Below are positions 1 through 10,703 of a stretch of DNA of 64,000 nucleotides, piece after piece (within the stretch, counting starts at the first letter, position 1; the number at the start of each line of letters is the position of its first letter). Position numbers and translations under genes: made by a program. The stretch lies in the NCBI GenBank assembly GCA_009602735.1, contig WELA01002856.1, positions 62,001 through 126,000 of the forward strand, in the 5' to 3' direction. This stretch comes from Mesotaenium endlicherianum (lineage: Eukaryota). The notes under the pieces are model-generated. The model worked only from the letters and a program-made list of their open reading frames with translations. It was not told the origin of the DNA and ran no database searches.

Positions 1-782
1 CAGCCTGTAGAGCCTGCAGAAGATTCTGACTCTAGCCAGAGTCCACGAGGAAGTGAGACGTCCGAGCATACTGACAACCGGTGGAGTGAGCAACCGTCGA
101 GAGACGAGTCTCGCCATATCTCCGCAAGCGATGAGAACCCGGATAACACACGAGCCTTTGCACCTGATTCGGGCAAAGAGCAAGACGTGTGGGGTAAAAT
201 CAGTGAGTCCTAGTCACCGTTTACAATGGCCGATGATGATGGGGATGAAAATCCTACCTTCAAGCTGTCTGCAAAGTGTTTTTGCGGACACACCAGTGGA
301 AACGATCTCACTTTTGAAGAGTTTGATGAGATCTAGTGAGCAGAATTCTTTGAGAAGATTCGGAAGGATTCTTCTTATACGCAATCTGTCGCAATCTTTC
401 CAGTTGAGAATTGGCTCAGGGCAAGTCACCAAGTCTTGTGGGATTACTCGCAAGCCTGTGGAAATCACAGTAAATTCGGGGAAACCTGAAGAGGCGTCAC
501 TACTCATGGAGTGCACAGTGACGGTGGCAGAGAACTATGATGTTCTTTTGGGAACAGAAGCACTGATTCCCTTGGGAATGGTCATTGATCTGCGAAAGCA
601 AAGGGTGACTTACCAGTCAACAGATCAGCAGCCGGCAAGAGAAATTCCTGTGAAAATGGTTTGCACAGGAGAAGCAAACTACGGGCTGCTAGACTGCTGC
701 GTTAACAATAGGTACCCAGAAGCCTGCGACAATATCATGAAACACGAAGAGGAAATCTATACGAGCATCAACATGCCAACAC

Positions 783-1950
783 TTGGTATGGCAACCTCGG
801 ATTATGGAGCAACTGGAAACTGTGAGTAACAGGGACCGCGGCCCGCAAGAGCTGCTGCCAGTACCTTATCCAGTTACCTCTGCTCGAAACCTGATGCCGG
901 GATTCGAGCCGCTGCCGCAAAGCATTGTCAGGATGGGAGATCCGTTTCGCAAAAGGGGAGTGGTGGTGTTGGAATTGTTTGCTGGACTTGGGTCTGGGAC
1001 CATAGCATTGATCCAGCGAGGGATAGAGGTGGCCAAAGTCCTGTATGTGGACAATGATGACCACGCTTTTCCAGCATTCAGAATAGTCATGAGTCAGATG
1101 CGGCAAATGCATCACTTTCAGGAGTTGGTGCCCCCATACTCCAATGTTGAGCGCATCGCTGGAGGCAACATTATCCATGTGAAGCCTGAAGACCTGTATG
1201 GCTACAGGATTGACTAAATCTTTGCTGGATTTTCTTGTCCGCCGTTTTCTCAAGGTGGGAACGAGAGGGGATTCAATGATCCAGGAGCACAACATTGGGG
1301 ATGGATGGTGAAAATCATCAGCATGCTGCGGGAACGTCAGCACTATCACCCACCAGTGTTTGTGATTGAGAACGTGCATCCAGGAATGGATTACAAGCAG
1401 ATGAAGCCGGGAGAGCCACGGCTGATTTTCGACTCTACCTTGGGTCATCATGTGCTAATCAACAACGCCAAGCACGGAGAATTTTCCCATAGGGCCAGAA
1501 TATTTTGGACCAACGGCTTGTCTATTGAGATCCTGAGAGAGATGGAGGACCTTACACGGCAATCATCGACGACATTGACAGTGGAAGAGGCGCTGGCAGT
1601 ACGTACCAGGCCAATAACCAGGAGGGATTCCTATCCACAGTGCGTCACCAACGAACCAGGTCAGCCAAGGGTGGTACTGCCTACCTTCACAGCGTATCCA
1701 AGATCTCGAGTCTTCATTGGAGGTGGACCAGGAATGGTCAAGGACATGCATAAAAGAGATGCCGTTTGGAGAGAGCCTACTGCGGTGGAGAAGGGAAACT
1801 GCCTTGGAATACCCGACACCATGACTCGGCAGATAGTCGATGCTGTAGGGTCAGATGAAGCTGCGAAGATTTTCGGCAACATGATTGGACAACACTCTAT
1901 GACTTGGCTGGTGGAGACAATCATGACGTGGCAGCAATTGACCTTCACCA
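783..1950 (+). pseudogene. DNMT3-like C5 cytosine methyltransferase domain inside the gypsy A1 polyprotein (one in-frame stop)
   Basis: Motif I LELFAGLG; motif IV FAGFSCPPFS, read through TAA 1215-1217 (PC appears as SC); motif VI VIENV; motif VIII SHRARIFWTN (DNMT3-type HRAR.FW.N); motif X KIFGN. ORFs 783 and 1305 are in the same frame. Confidence 0.88.
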
Positions 1951-4149
1951 ACAAGCCTATGCCGAGGCCAAGACCAGTGGCAATTGGGGCCAATGTGGTG
2001 CCAACATCTGATGAGAGGGCAATCAGGACCGCACATCAGCAACAAGAAGAAAACGGTGTGCAAAGAGACGCAGCGGCAGCTGCCAGAGACAGAGCATTCA
2101 GGGAAGCTGAAGTAGCTGAGCAGATGAGATGCCACGATCTGTTGGACCGGATTGATAATCGGACCGCTGAATTACAAGCACCTCTGGAAAGAGAGGATAC
2201 ACCCATGAGGGACCAGGCGCCTGAGCAGACGGCGCCGTTGCCAAGCGCAGAAGACGATACGCAGATCGACCCGTCATCCCTGAGAAACGCCACTCGCAGT
2301 CAGATATTTGGGAGTCCATCTCCCGAAGCCACGACAACAAGGCGTGAGGAGACTTCAGAAAATGCCAAATCAAGTTATGATGCCAACCTCAGCCCACGAG
2401 CAATTGGGAACGGAAACTACTGGCAAGAAAGCTCAAGTAGCTGGGAAGCTAACCAAAAGTGTCTATCGTCTTCACCAGAGCAAGCGCCATTACAAGATAT
2501 GTCAGAGGAGTCTGAGAAAAGACCTCTGAGCCAACGCTTGAAGACTTTGAATACTATCTAAACCAAGCATCAATGCAAGAACGCCAATGCAATATTGGTG
2601 AATGGGCTGAAGAGAGTAGCCAAAATTCAGGAGATTTTGGGGGGTCTGCAAAGACCATATGCCTCGAGACGATATTCGAAGAACGCAAGGAGGAGTCGGG
2701 CAAGCAATTGTCCACAACACCTTCTTTGATGAGCCCTGAGTCGCAGGCTAAGGGGCAACAGCAGGGTTCAGCCAGTCAGACAGCTGAATCCATTGCAAGG
2801 CAAATCATGGAGCAGCTGGTGGAAGCAGACGCTCAACGGCACAAGGAAGAGGAAGTGGCCAAGACGGCAAGCATGCTGCAATCAGCCATCGTCAACTTGG
2901 CAAAGCTCAACACAGATAACGATGGAGAGCCACCACCACCTGGAGTGGAGAAGTAAGTCGAAGATGAGGCAGAGATGCCAGACCTTCCAGAGTTTGACCT
3001 GCCGTCAGTCACCAATGAAGAGGAGATACGGGAAGAAATTCCACGTTTCCCTATCCCAGAGCTGGGCCTGTTGGAGCTACAAGAGCTCAGAACGGATGAT
3101 TGGGTGGCCGACCACTTGATAATGGAGGGCCCCAGCCCGGCAGATCTATACATCAATCTGAGACCGCCTACATCCAATTTCCAACCGCCAGTTTTCCAGC
3201 ACCAGGAGCTACCCCACATCAACTACAACAGCCGCAGGAAGTGGCTGCCTGCACCGCTAAGGTGGAACCAACACAAGGTAATCCTCACGGTCGTGCAAGC
3301 GGACCAAGAAAGGTGGCCCGGGAAGGACATGCACCTTTCACGCGGATGCTGATACGTTATCTCAAGTATAGGGGAGCAGCTCAGAGAGAAGGGGTTCCGA
3401 AAGGAACCATGGCTCCTCCTCCGCAACCTATCCTGGACATTTTGCAGAGAGAGGGAGAGGATGGCTTGATTCGCAAAGCCATGGCATTGGAAATTCACAT
3501 TCCAGTGGTGCGACCTTCATCCACTGGAACGTGGGAGAAGGATAGTTCAGCTCCTAGGACACCTGCAGTTTCTGAAAGGGAACTGGTGGAGCTGAGAAGT
3601 ACCATAAGCCGCATGACAGCAGAACATGCTGTGTATGCACAACTAGCTGCAGCTCAAAGAATCGCAGACTCCTACACAAGTATGGACGGTTACGCCACCA
3701 GCCAGGGAAGAGTTTGGCACAACCGTTGCGCGCATTGCTACCATTGAGCGCGAGTGGGGTAGGACAATCGACCCCAGAGCCGATCCAGCAGGGTGGCCCT
3801 TGCCGAATCTGCCCCGACCACGTGAAGAGGGAGGAACGGTAGCTGGACTGCGGCCGATGAAGAAAGGTTCTTGAGGCAGCCCATCCGGAGGCGTCTGACA
3901 TACGCCACTCAACAGGAGAGGCGACGATCCATCGGAAAGGGTAAAAAGCCTAAGAAGCAAGCCGCAGAGCCTAAGTCAGCGGAGGAGCAAGCTGCGAAGC
4001 CTGCCACTCCACCGCCTCACAATCAGGCAGAAAAGCCTGAAGGTCAGGATGAGGGCGGAAAGCCCCCACTTGAACCCCAAGAGTAGCAACTACTGGATGC
4101 CTGTGTTGGGAAAAAGCAGCCGGCAGCTGAGGTTTTCACCATTGGAAAA

Positions 4150-5540
4150 ATGGTCTTATCCCAGCAGAGAGCACAATTAGAAAGGCTGCTGAAGAAGCAC
4201 CGCAAGGTGTTTGCTTTCACGAAGGAGGAGATTGGTAGAACCACTGCCAGTATGTGTGAGATCACACTAACTACTGATAACCCAGTCAGACTTCGGCCGC
4301 ATAAGCTCAGACGAAATGGGACTGTGTCGAGAAAACTTGCCAGGAGCTGCACAAGCTCGGCATGATTGAGAAATCAACCTCAGTACATGGAGCTCCCAAA
4401 GTAGTAGTTGCCAAGAAGGACGAGGCTTGCAATTATACAGCTACTCGTATGTGTGGGGACTACAGGCGACTGAATCTTCACACGGAGCCAGACAGCTATG
4501 TGATGCCTACACCAGAGCGGATCTTTGCGATTGCCACCATCGGGAAGGTGTTCAGCATCATTGATCTATGCCAACGCTTTAACGAGATCCTTGTGAAAAC
4601 AGAAGATCAAGGTAAGATCGCAATCTGGGCTCAAAGGGAACTTTGGCAATGGACAATAATGCCGTTTGGGCTGAAAAATGCCCCAGCCATCTTTCAGAGG
4701 ACTATGGATAAAGTGCTGAAGAGGCTGAATTTTACAAAGTCATACATTGATGCCGTAGTGGTGTTTAGCAAGTCCATAAAGGAGCACCTCGAGCACTTGA
4801 AACAAGTGCTCCAGCGCCTGGAGAAATTCTAGATGACGTTGCATCCTGGAAAGTGCAGATTCTTTGAGGCACATGTGCCTTACTTAGGACATGAGATTGG
4901 GAACAATGCTATGTCCCCTCAGGCTGTAAAGACTGAGGCCATTTACAAGATACCTGCAACTGCGAATGTGTCTGAGCTGAAAGGTTTATTAGGGCTAAGC
5001 GGATACTATCGTAAATTTGTGAAGGACTATAGCAAAATTGCTAAACCCTTGACAGAACTCCTGAAAGAGGATGTATCTTTCGTATGGACGGAAGCCTAGG
5101 AAAAGGCCATGAACGAGCTCAAGGAGCGGCTGGTAACCGGCGCAGTCTTGCGAACGCCTGACTACTCCAAGCCGTTCAATCTACACACTAACTGGAGTCG
5201 TGTGACAATCGGCGCAGTACTCACTCAGGCCGCAAGTCCTAGAAAGGAGTACGTCATTCCCTATGCCTCGCGCTCTAACAATCGAGCAGAGAGCAACTAC
5301 TCGTTCTACGAAAGAGAGCTACTGGCAGTGGTTTGGGCTGTCGCACATTTCAGAGAGTATCTATGAGGAAGATCTTTCACGCTGATCACAGATCACTCGC
5401 CGTTACTCCGGCTGATGAAGAATGGAGACCTCACTAATTAACTGGCTCGCTGGGCTCTCAAGCTCCAGGAGTACCAGATGACGGTGGTACATCGAGCAGG
5501 TGTACTCAACAACGACGTCGATGGACTCAGCGGAAATCCG
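4150..5540 (+). pseudogene. Reverse transcriptase-RNase H of A1 (disrupted)
   Basis: ORF fragments 4150, 4362, 4833, 5109 and 5478 carry gypsy RT/RNase H motifs, separated by stops or frameshifts. Confidence 0.92.
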
Positions 5541-5717
5541 GACCCATCCTCAGACGACAAAACAGGAGCTCGAGAAGACGAAGATCCAAGCAGCCCAACA
5601 GAGTTGGCAGTCGGCTTGGCCGAAATGGCTAGACTAGTAGCGTCAGGTGAAGCTGAGTCTCTACCCTTGTTTATTCCAGAGATCTGGAAAGATCAAGCCA
5701 CTATGCATTGACTGAAG

Positions 5718-7131
5718 ATGGGAGTCCACATGGAGGGATTATCTGTGAAAGAGAAGGACCACGTGAGCCATCGAGCTAAAAGATTTTGCTGGAAACGCAA
5801 TATCCTCTTCAAGATTGAAGAAATTGGTCAGGAGAAGTTGGTGCCAGAACCCACCAAGAGGCGAGCTCTTGTGCAGGCGATGCACGAGAATACTGGACAC
5901 TATGGTGTCAAGGAGACGTACAGTCTTCTGGAGCTGTCTTACTGGTGGAGGGGCATGAAGCAGCAGTGTGAGGATGTGATCAAGGCCTGCCAAAGCTGTG
6001 ATCGCGTCAAGGTTGGTTTTACACAGCAACATCCACACTTGCAACCTCTGCCAATCATGGGCCGAGGCTACCGGTGGAGCTGCGATCTCGTAGGTGAGCT
6101 ACCGCTGTCCAAGCGAGGTAACAAGTACATTATGGTCATGATTGAGCATTTCTCTAAGTGGATAGAGGTTGTGCCTCTAACTGCAAAGGAGAGTTTGGGG
6201 ACCGCGGAAACGCTCCTCAGCGGTGTGATAGTACGTCATGGAGCTCCAGCAGAAGTGCTGACAGACCATGGGTCTGAGTTCCAAGGATCTTTTCAGAAAC
6301 TCTTGGACAGATGCTTCATTCACCATCGCACTACATCTAAAGATCACCCACAAGCAGATGGTCTAGCAGAACGGATGGTGCAAACCATTAAGTCTGCTTT
6401 GCGCAAATTTTGCCTTGAGCATGATAAGCGTGATTGGGCTCTGGCCCTGCCATGGTTGATTATGGGTTACAGATTTAGCAAGCAAGCTGCTTTGGCGAAT
6501 TACTCGCCTTCTCAGATTCTGTTTGGCAGAAGTCTAGTAGTGCCCAGCAGCATCAAGCAGGAGTTTGAGCAGGTGAAAGACCTGGACAATCCCGATGAAC
6601 TGCTAAAGGTTATGGTACACCGCAAGGCGTTATTTGAGCGCATGATGCCTGCTGCCTTGGACAATCTAAAAATTATGCAGAAAAGAGACACACAGCGTTA
6701 TGCCAGGACGCAAGATGGGAGCTACCGCCTGCGAATGACGCAGATCCAGGATGGAGACTTCGTTCGACCGCAAGCGCCAGACCAAGACCACCATCGACAC
6801 CAGTTCAGGTGCAGTGATCTTACGCGTGAAACATGCGTTCGACATTGGTGTATTGGAACTGGAAGGTACTGATGGTAAGACCATGTGAGATCACGTGGAG
6901 AACTGCTCGCTGTGCCATTTGTCAAATATCGATCCTACGGTTAAGGCGGTGCCCGAGGAATTGGTGCCAGCCACGCCTTGTGCCAGCTGGAAAGTGGTGG
7001 ATGATCAAGAAGCAATGGTAACTTGCGATGAATGTAGTGCCCCTTGGCACACCTTCTGCATTGGTGAAGAAGAGATTATGGCAGGATGGTGGGTATGTCC
7101 TGACTGCCTTCCTAAAACTTCCAGCCGCTGA
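5718..7131 (+). pseudogene. Integrase with C-terminal PHD finger (A1)
   Basis: HHCC zinc finger and DDE core in ORF 5718-6872. The frameshifted tail 6895-7131 reads CASW..MVTCDECSAPWHTFC..WWVCPDC, a C4HC3 PHD pattern with one Cys changed to Trp. Confidence 0.88.
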
Positions 7132-7702
7132 GCTAGGAGATAGAAGCTTTCAGCGGAAAGGCAGGGACGCCTGAGCTGAAAGGGAGGGGTGTAAGGGAAA
7201 CCGAGTATAAGACATTTTTTTTGAAAGATTTCTACTAAGTGTGGAATGCTCCACCGCACGATGCCAGTGCAGGCAGACCAGGGATGGTCAACCTCCAGCC
7301 AGCCTGTTACCGACACACGTGCGAGGGTTGATCAACCCGGTAGATTCCTCACGTGCCGTAACGCACTTGCCAGGGGGTCAGACACTGTTAGGCACGACAC
7401 ATGCCATAACATATCAAAGTTCACCATGTTAAAATGGTACATATGTGCGTGTACCATGACAATTGTAGCCGACATAGCGCTTTTAACTTCTTTGTAAGCA
7501 TGGGGCGTAGTCGTGCGTCATCGTGTGTAGTCGTGCCCCATTCACATGCAAACGCACACGGTGGGTGAATCTGGCCAACTATTGACCTACGCGTTTATGG
7601 CATGCATCTTGTATGGCGATGGTTGACTATCAAGCATATGACCAAGTGTGGTAAACTCACAAAAGAATTTTATGTTGGGGCTCGAGAGGATTGTACGAGA
7701 TC

Positions 7703-9507
7703 ATGGGTAACAAATTGACGAAGAGGAGGGCTTTGGTTGACGAGCGCTTTACTAGACCCCAGGGGTTGTACATACATAATGATGTAGATCATAGGAAGCT
7801 TCGACGGTTTATAATTGATGCAAAGCTGGCTCCATGTCATCCAGGCGCGGATGAGCCCTCTACTGATCTAGAGGAGTGTCCGATATGTTTCCTGGTACAC
7901 TCAATCTGCTTCTGCCTTCTTCCTTGAGTTTCTTTTGTGCATGTGGCCTTTTGGTCGTGATTGGCTAGGATCATATCCCGGTACAGTGCATGAAGAGGGG
8001 TCTTCAGCGTATGATGTGAGTCCTCGGGTTGAATCAGTGGACCTTTTGGAATGTTGTGAGAGTCCACCACTCAGGCAGACATGCCTGGCATACTGTCACC
8101 TCAGACCGCAGACTATCGTACCCATCCTCATTCAAGATATTATGAGGTGGCCGTTTATCGACTTTGTGTGCTATCGTTATAAATTGTGGATGGGCAGCAC
8201 TATCCAAGTGTGAACAGATCCAAGTGCTGCGGCAAGGGTGTTTGCACGGGTAGGTTTGTATCACTCTTAACTTGGTTAATGCAGCTTTGCTTGAAGGCTT
8301 CAACCTCCTAGGGCTAAGAAGGTGTGCGCGTGCGGCGTGATTGCAGAGTGCTTCCTGCAACTGAGAAGCCCACAGGCAGCGCGGCCCATGCAGTAAGTTG
8401 GCCCTGTTTACCTCCCTTTCGTCCTTCTTCTTTTTCTTCCTTCTCCTCTTGTGTCTGTCGTGGAAATGTGTGTCTCACCTTGAGAGGGGGGGGGGGGGTC
8501 ATGCGGTGCAGGTGTCCTTTCTGCAAGGCAACCACATATGCCATCGAGTACAGAGGAGCAAAGTCGCTGGAGGAGAGAGGCCTTGAGCAGGCTGTACGTT
8601 GTGACACGTGTCTCTCCAGCATTCATTCAGCAGTCAACGTGCGCCGAAACTCTTATGAGAACTTGCTGATTTGTTGCTGCTGGGGCTCGGCTGGGGTGGG
8701 GAGCAGGAGGAGCAGAAGGTCATAGAGGCACGCATCCGCATGCTGCGCGAGCAGCAGCAGGAGCAGTATGCGGATGTGGCGTTGCAGCAGGCAACGCTAG
8801 CTACAGCAGAGAGGCAAGGAGGGCTGCCCAGCGTTGACTCTGAAGGAAGTGCAGCAGCAGGGCCAGGGCCTGCCGCAGAGGGGTTGGCCAGAGGCAGCAG
8901 CTGGGGGGGCCTGTGGGCCAGCAGCAGCGGCAGCGGGGCGAAGCGCGACAAGCAGCGGTGGTCCAGCAGCAGCACCAGTGGCGGCATCCAGCCCAGTCAC
9001 CTGCTGACATCTGGTGCTGCAAGATTTTCGCACGGAATGACAATGAGTAGTAGTGTCGACAGCGAGAGCGGCGGCAACGTCGGGAACGTCGGCAGCGGGC
9101 TGAGCTTCTCCCTCGATACGAGCAGCAGTGGGCCGCGTCCCCCGGCAGTAATGATGCCGCATCAGCCGCATGCCCCCCCCTGGTTGCAGCCACCAACAGC
9201 AGCAGACCGGGGGGTGGTGCTGCCTAGAGTGGGGGGAGGAGGGGGAGCTGCCCTCACTCATGTTCCCAACTTCTTTTTCTATGGATCTCCTCCCAGGTGG
9301 GTGGGTGGCCTCCCTATATCCGCCCCATCCTTCGTCCTTCAAATGTGCCATATGTCTCCGACACGTGCTGCTTTGTGTTTCTGTGCTGGAGTGGGATGGG
9401 ATGGGATGGGAGGGGAGGGGAGCAGCAGAGAGGAGGAAGGGGACGTGGATTTGGAGGACGTCATGCTTATGGAGGCCATCTGGCAGTCGCTTCAGGAGCA
9501 CGACCAC

Positions 9508-9553
<46 letters not shown>

Positions 9554-9969
9554 CGGTGTCAGACAACGGCAGTAGTGCGGGAGCCACGCTCAACGACACC
9601 CCCCATGTTGTGCGCCCAAGAGACACGCCGGACGAGGCCAGCACCTCGTGCTCCTCCTTGCCTGTCAGCACTGCTGGCATTTCCACCGGTCCAGCCCCGG
9701 TAAGTGGCACGCAGGGGGCTTCGTCTGCCACGGCTGGGCAACCATTCCCACATAGATCCGGTGCTCATGAACACGGGTATCACACTGGTTCTCTTTCTTC
9801 TCCTGTAAATATGACTAGTATAGAAAGTAGAAGTCACGCTCCTGCAGGTGAGATTGGGTCTGATCTAGACGCAATGGAGGAGAGAGACTCGGAGCGGAGC
9901 TTTGAGGACCAAATGCGCGTTGCTCTTGCCTTATCTCTTGCTCATTCTCAGCAAGCACCTCACTTGTAA
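7703..9969 (+). CDS. DA2/GW2-like: RING-type E3 ubiquitin ligase of the DA2/GW2 family (multi-exon host gene)
   Basis: Exons 7703-7894, 8198-8249, 8347-8392, 8512-8593 and 8707-onward join at GT-AG sites to give [74 protein letters not shown]. The C-terminus has [17 protein letters not shown] and [14 protein letters not shown]. Boundaries of the later introns (~9.2-9.4 kb) are uncertain. Confidence 0.9.
9511..9550 (+). repeat. (CAG)n microsatellite encoding polyQ
   Basis: About 13 uninterrupted CAG units in frame in the DA2-like CDS. Confidence 0.95.
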
Positions 9970-10703
9970 GTCCATGCAGCTTACTTTTTGAAGGAAACTT
10001 CTGGATGCCCGACTGAACATGATATATCTCTGACACTGGATTCTGCATATCTTGTTTGTTTTAAATGCCTTCTTTATTGGAATGCTTCAGTGGGTACATA
10101 CAGAATATACAACCACAAGATTGCCTGGAAATTAGGTGACCATGACGATTGCAAGTATTGCCAAGCCGTCGTTGTAATGAGATGCCCGAGCGCAAGCACT
10201 CTTTTACTTGCAATGCGTAAGCTTTAATATCCGCAACCTTTTGCCAAAAATGTGTCGACCTCACTCTATTGATTTAAAAATAATAAGCACGGCATGGGAT
10301 TAAGCAAAGTGCGCTCCTAATCATCCAACCCCTGAAATCTATGCAAGATAATTATCAGTAGCACAAAAACCTACAACTGGGCTAATTACTTCCTCTGAAG
10401 AGTGAAAAATCAAACACGAATTTCTCCAAGATACCTTGCGTGGGACATTGCTTCCACTAAACTTCGTTGCCCATGTGGTATATAAAGTGGAGAGACGTGA
10501 AAAAGAGGCACTAAAAAGTGAACCTAGGTGATTAACGTCGTTCATGATCAGGGGGGGGGAAAAACGCCTAGTCAATGACCAAAGTAAATTTATGGAATTC
10601 CATCTCCTTCGGAGCTTGGAACATCCAGATACTAGATGGCACTAGGAACCAAATGTTCGATGAGCAAGCTCATATATACAGGCAGAGTGCATAGATTGCA
10701 CAT

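Larger units (their letters stand above)
1..7194 (+). mobile_element. Ty3/gypsy LTR retrotransposon family A, copy A1 (PR-DNMT-RT-RNaseH-INT-PHD); degenerate, most of gag deleted, 5' end outside window
   Basis: Protease C-terminal part (YDVLLGTEALI), RT (RMCGDYRRLN, MPFGLKNAPAIFQR, YIDAVVV), RNase H (ERELLAVVWAV), integrase (GHYG..CQSC, LTDHGSEF, GLAERMV). PPT GAAAGGGAGGGGG is followed by TGTAA at ~7190. Many stops and frameshifts. Confidence 0.93.

Noticed and set aside
7190..7500. 3' LTR of A1
   Set aside because: Begins TGTAA after the PPT but does not match the putative A2 LTR beyond 5 bp; no end or TSD could be defined.
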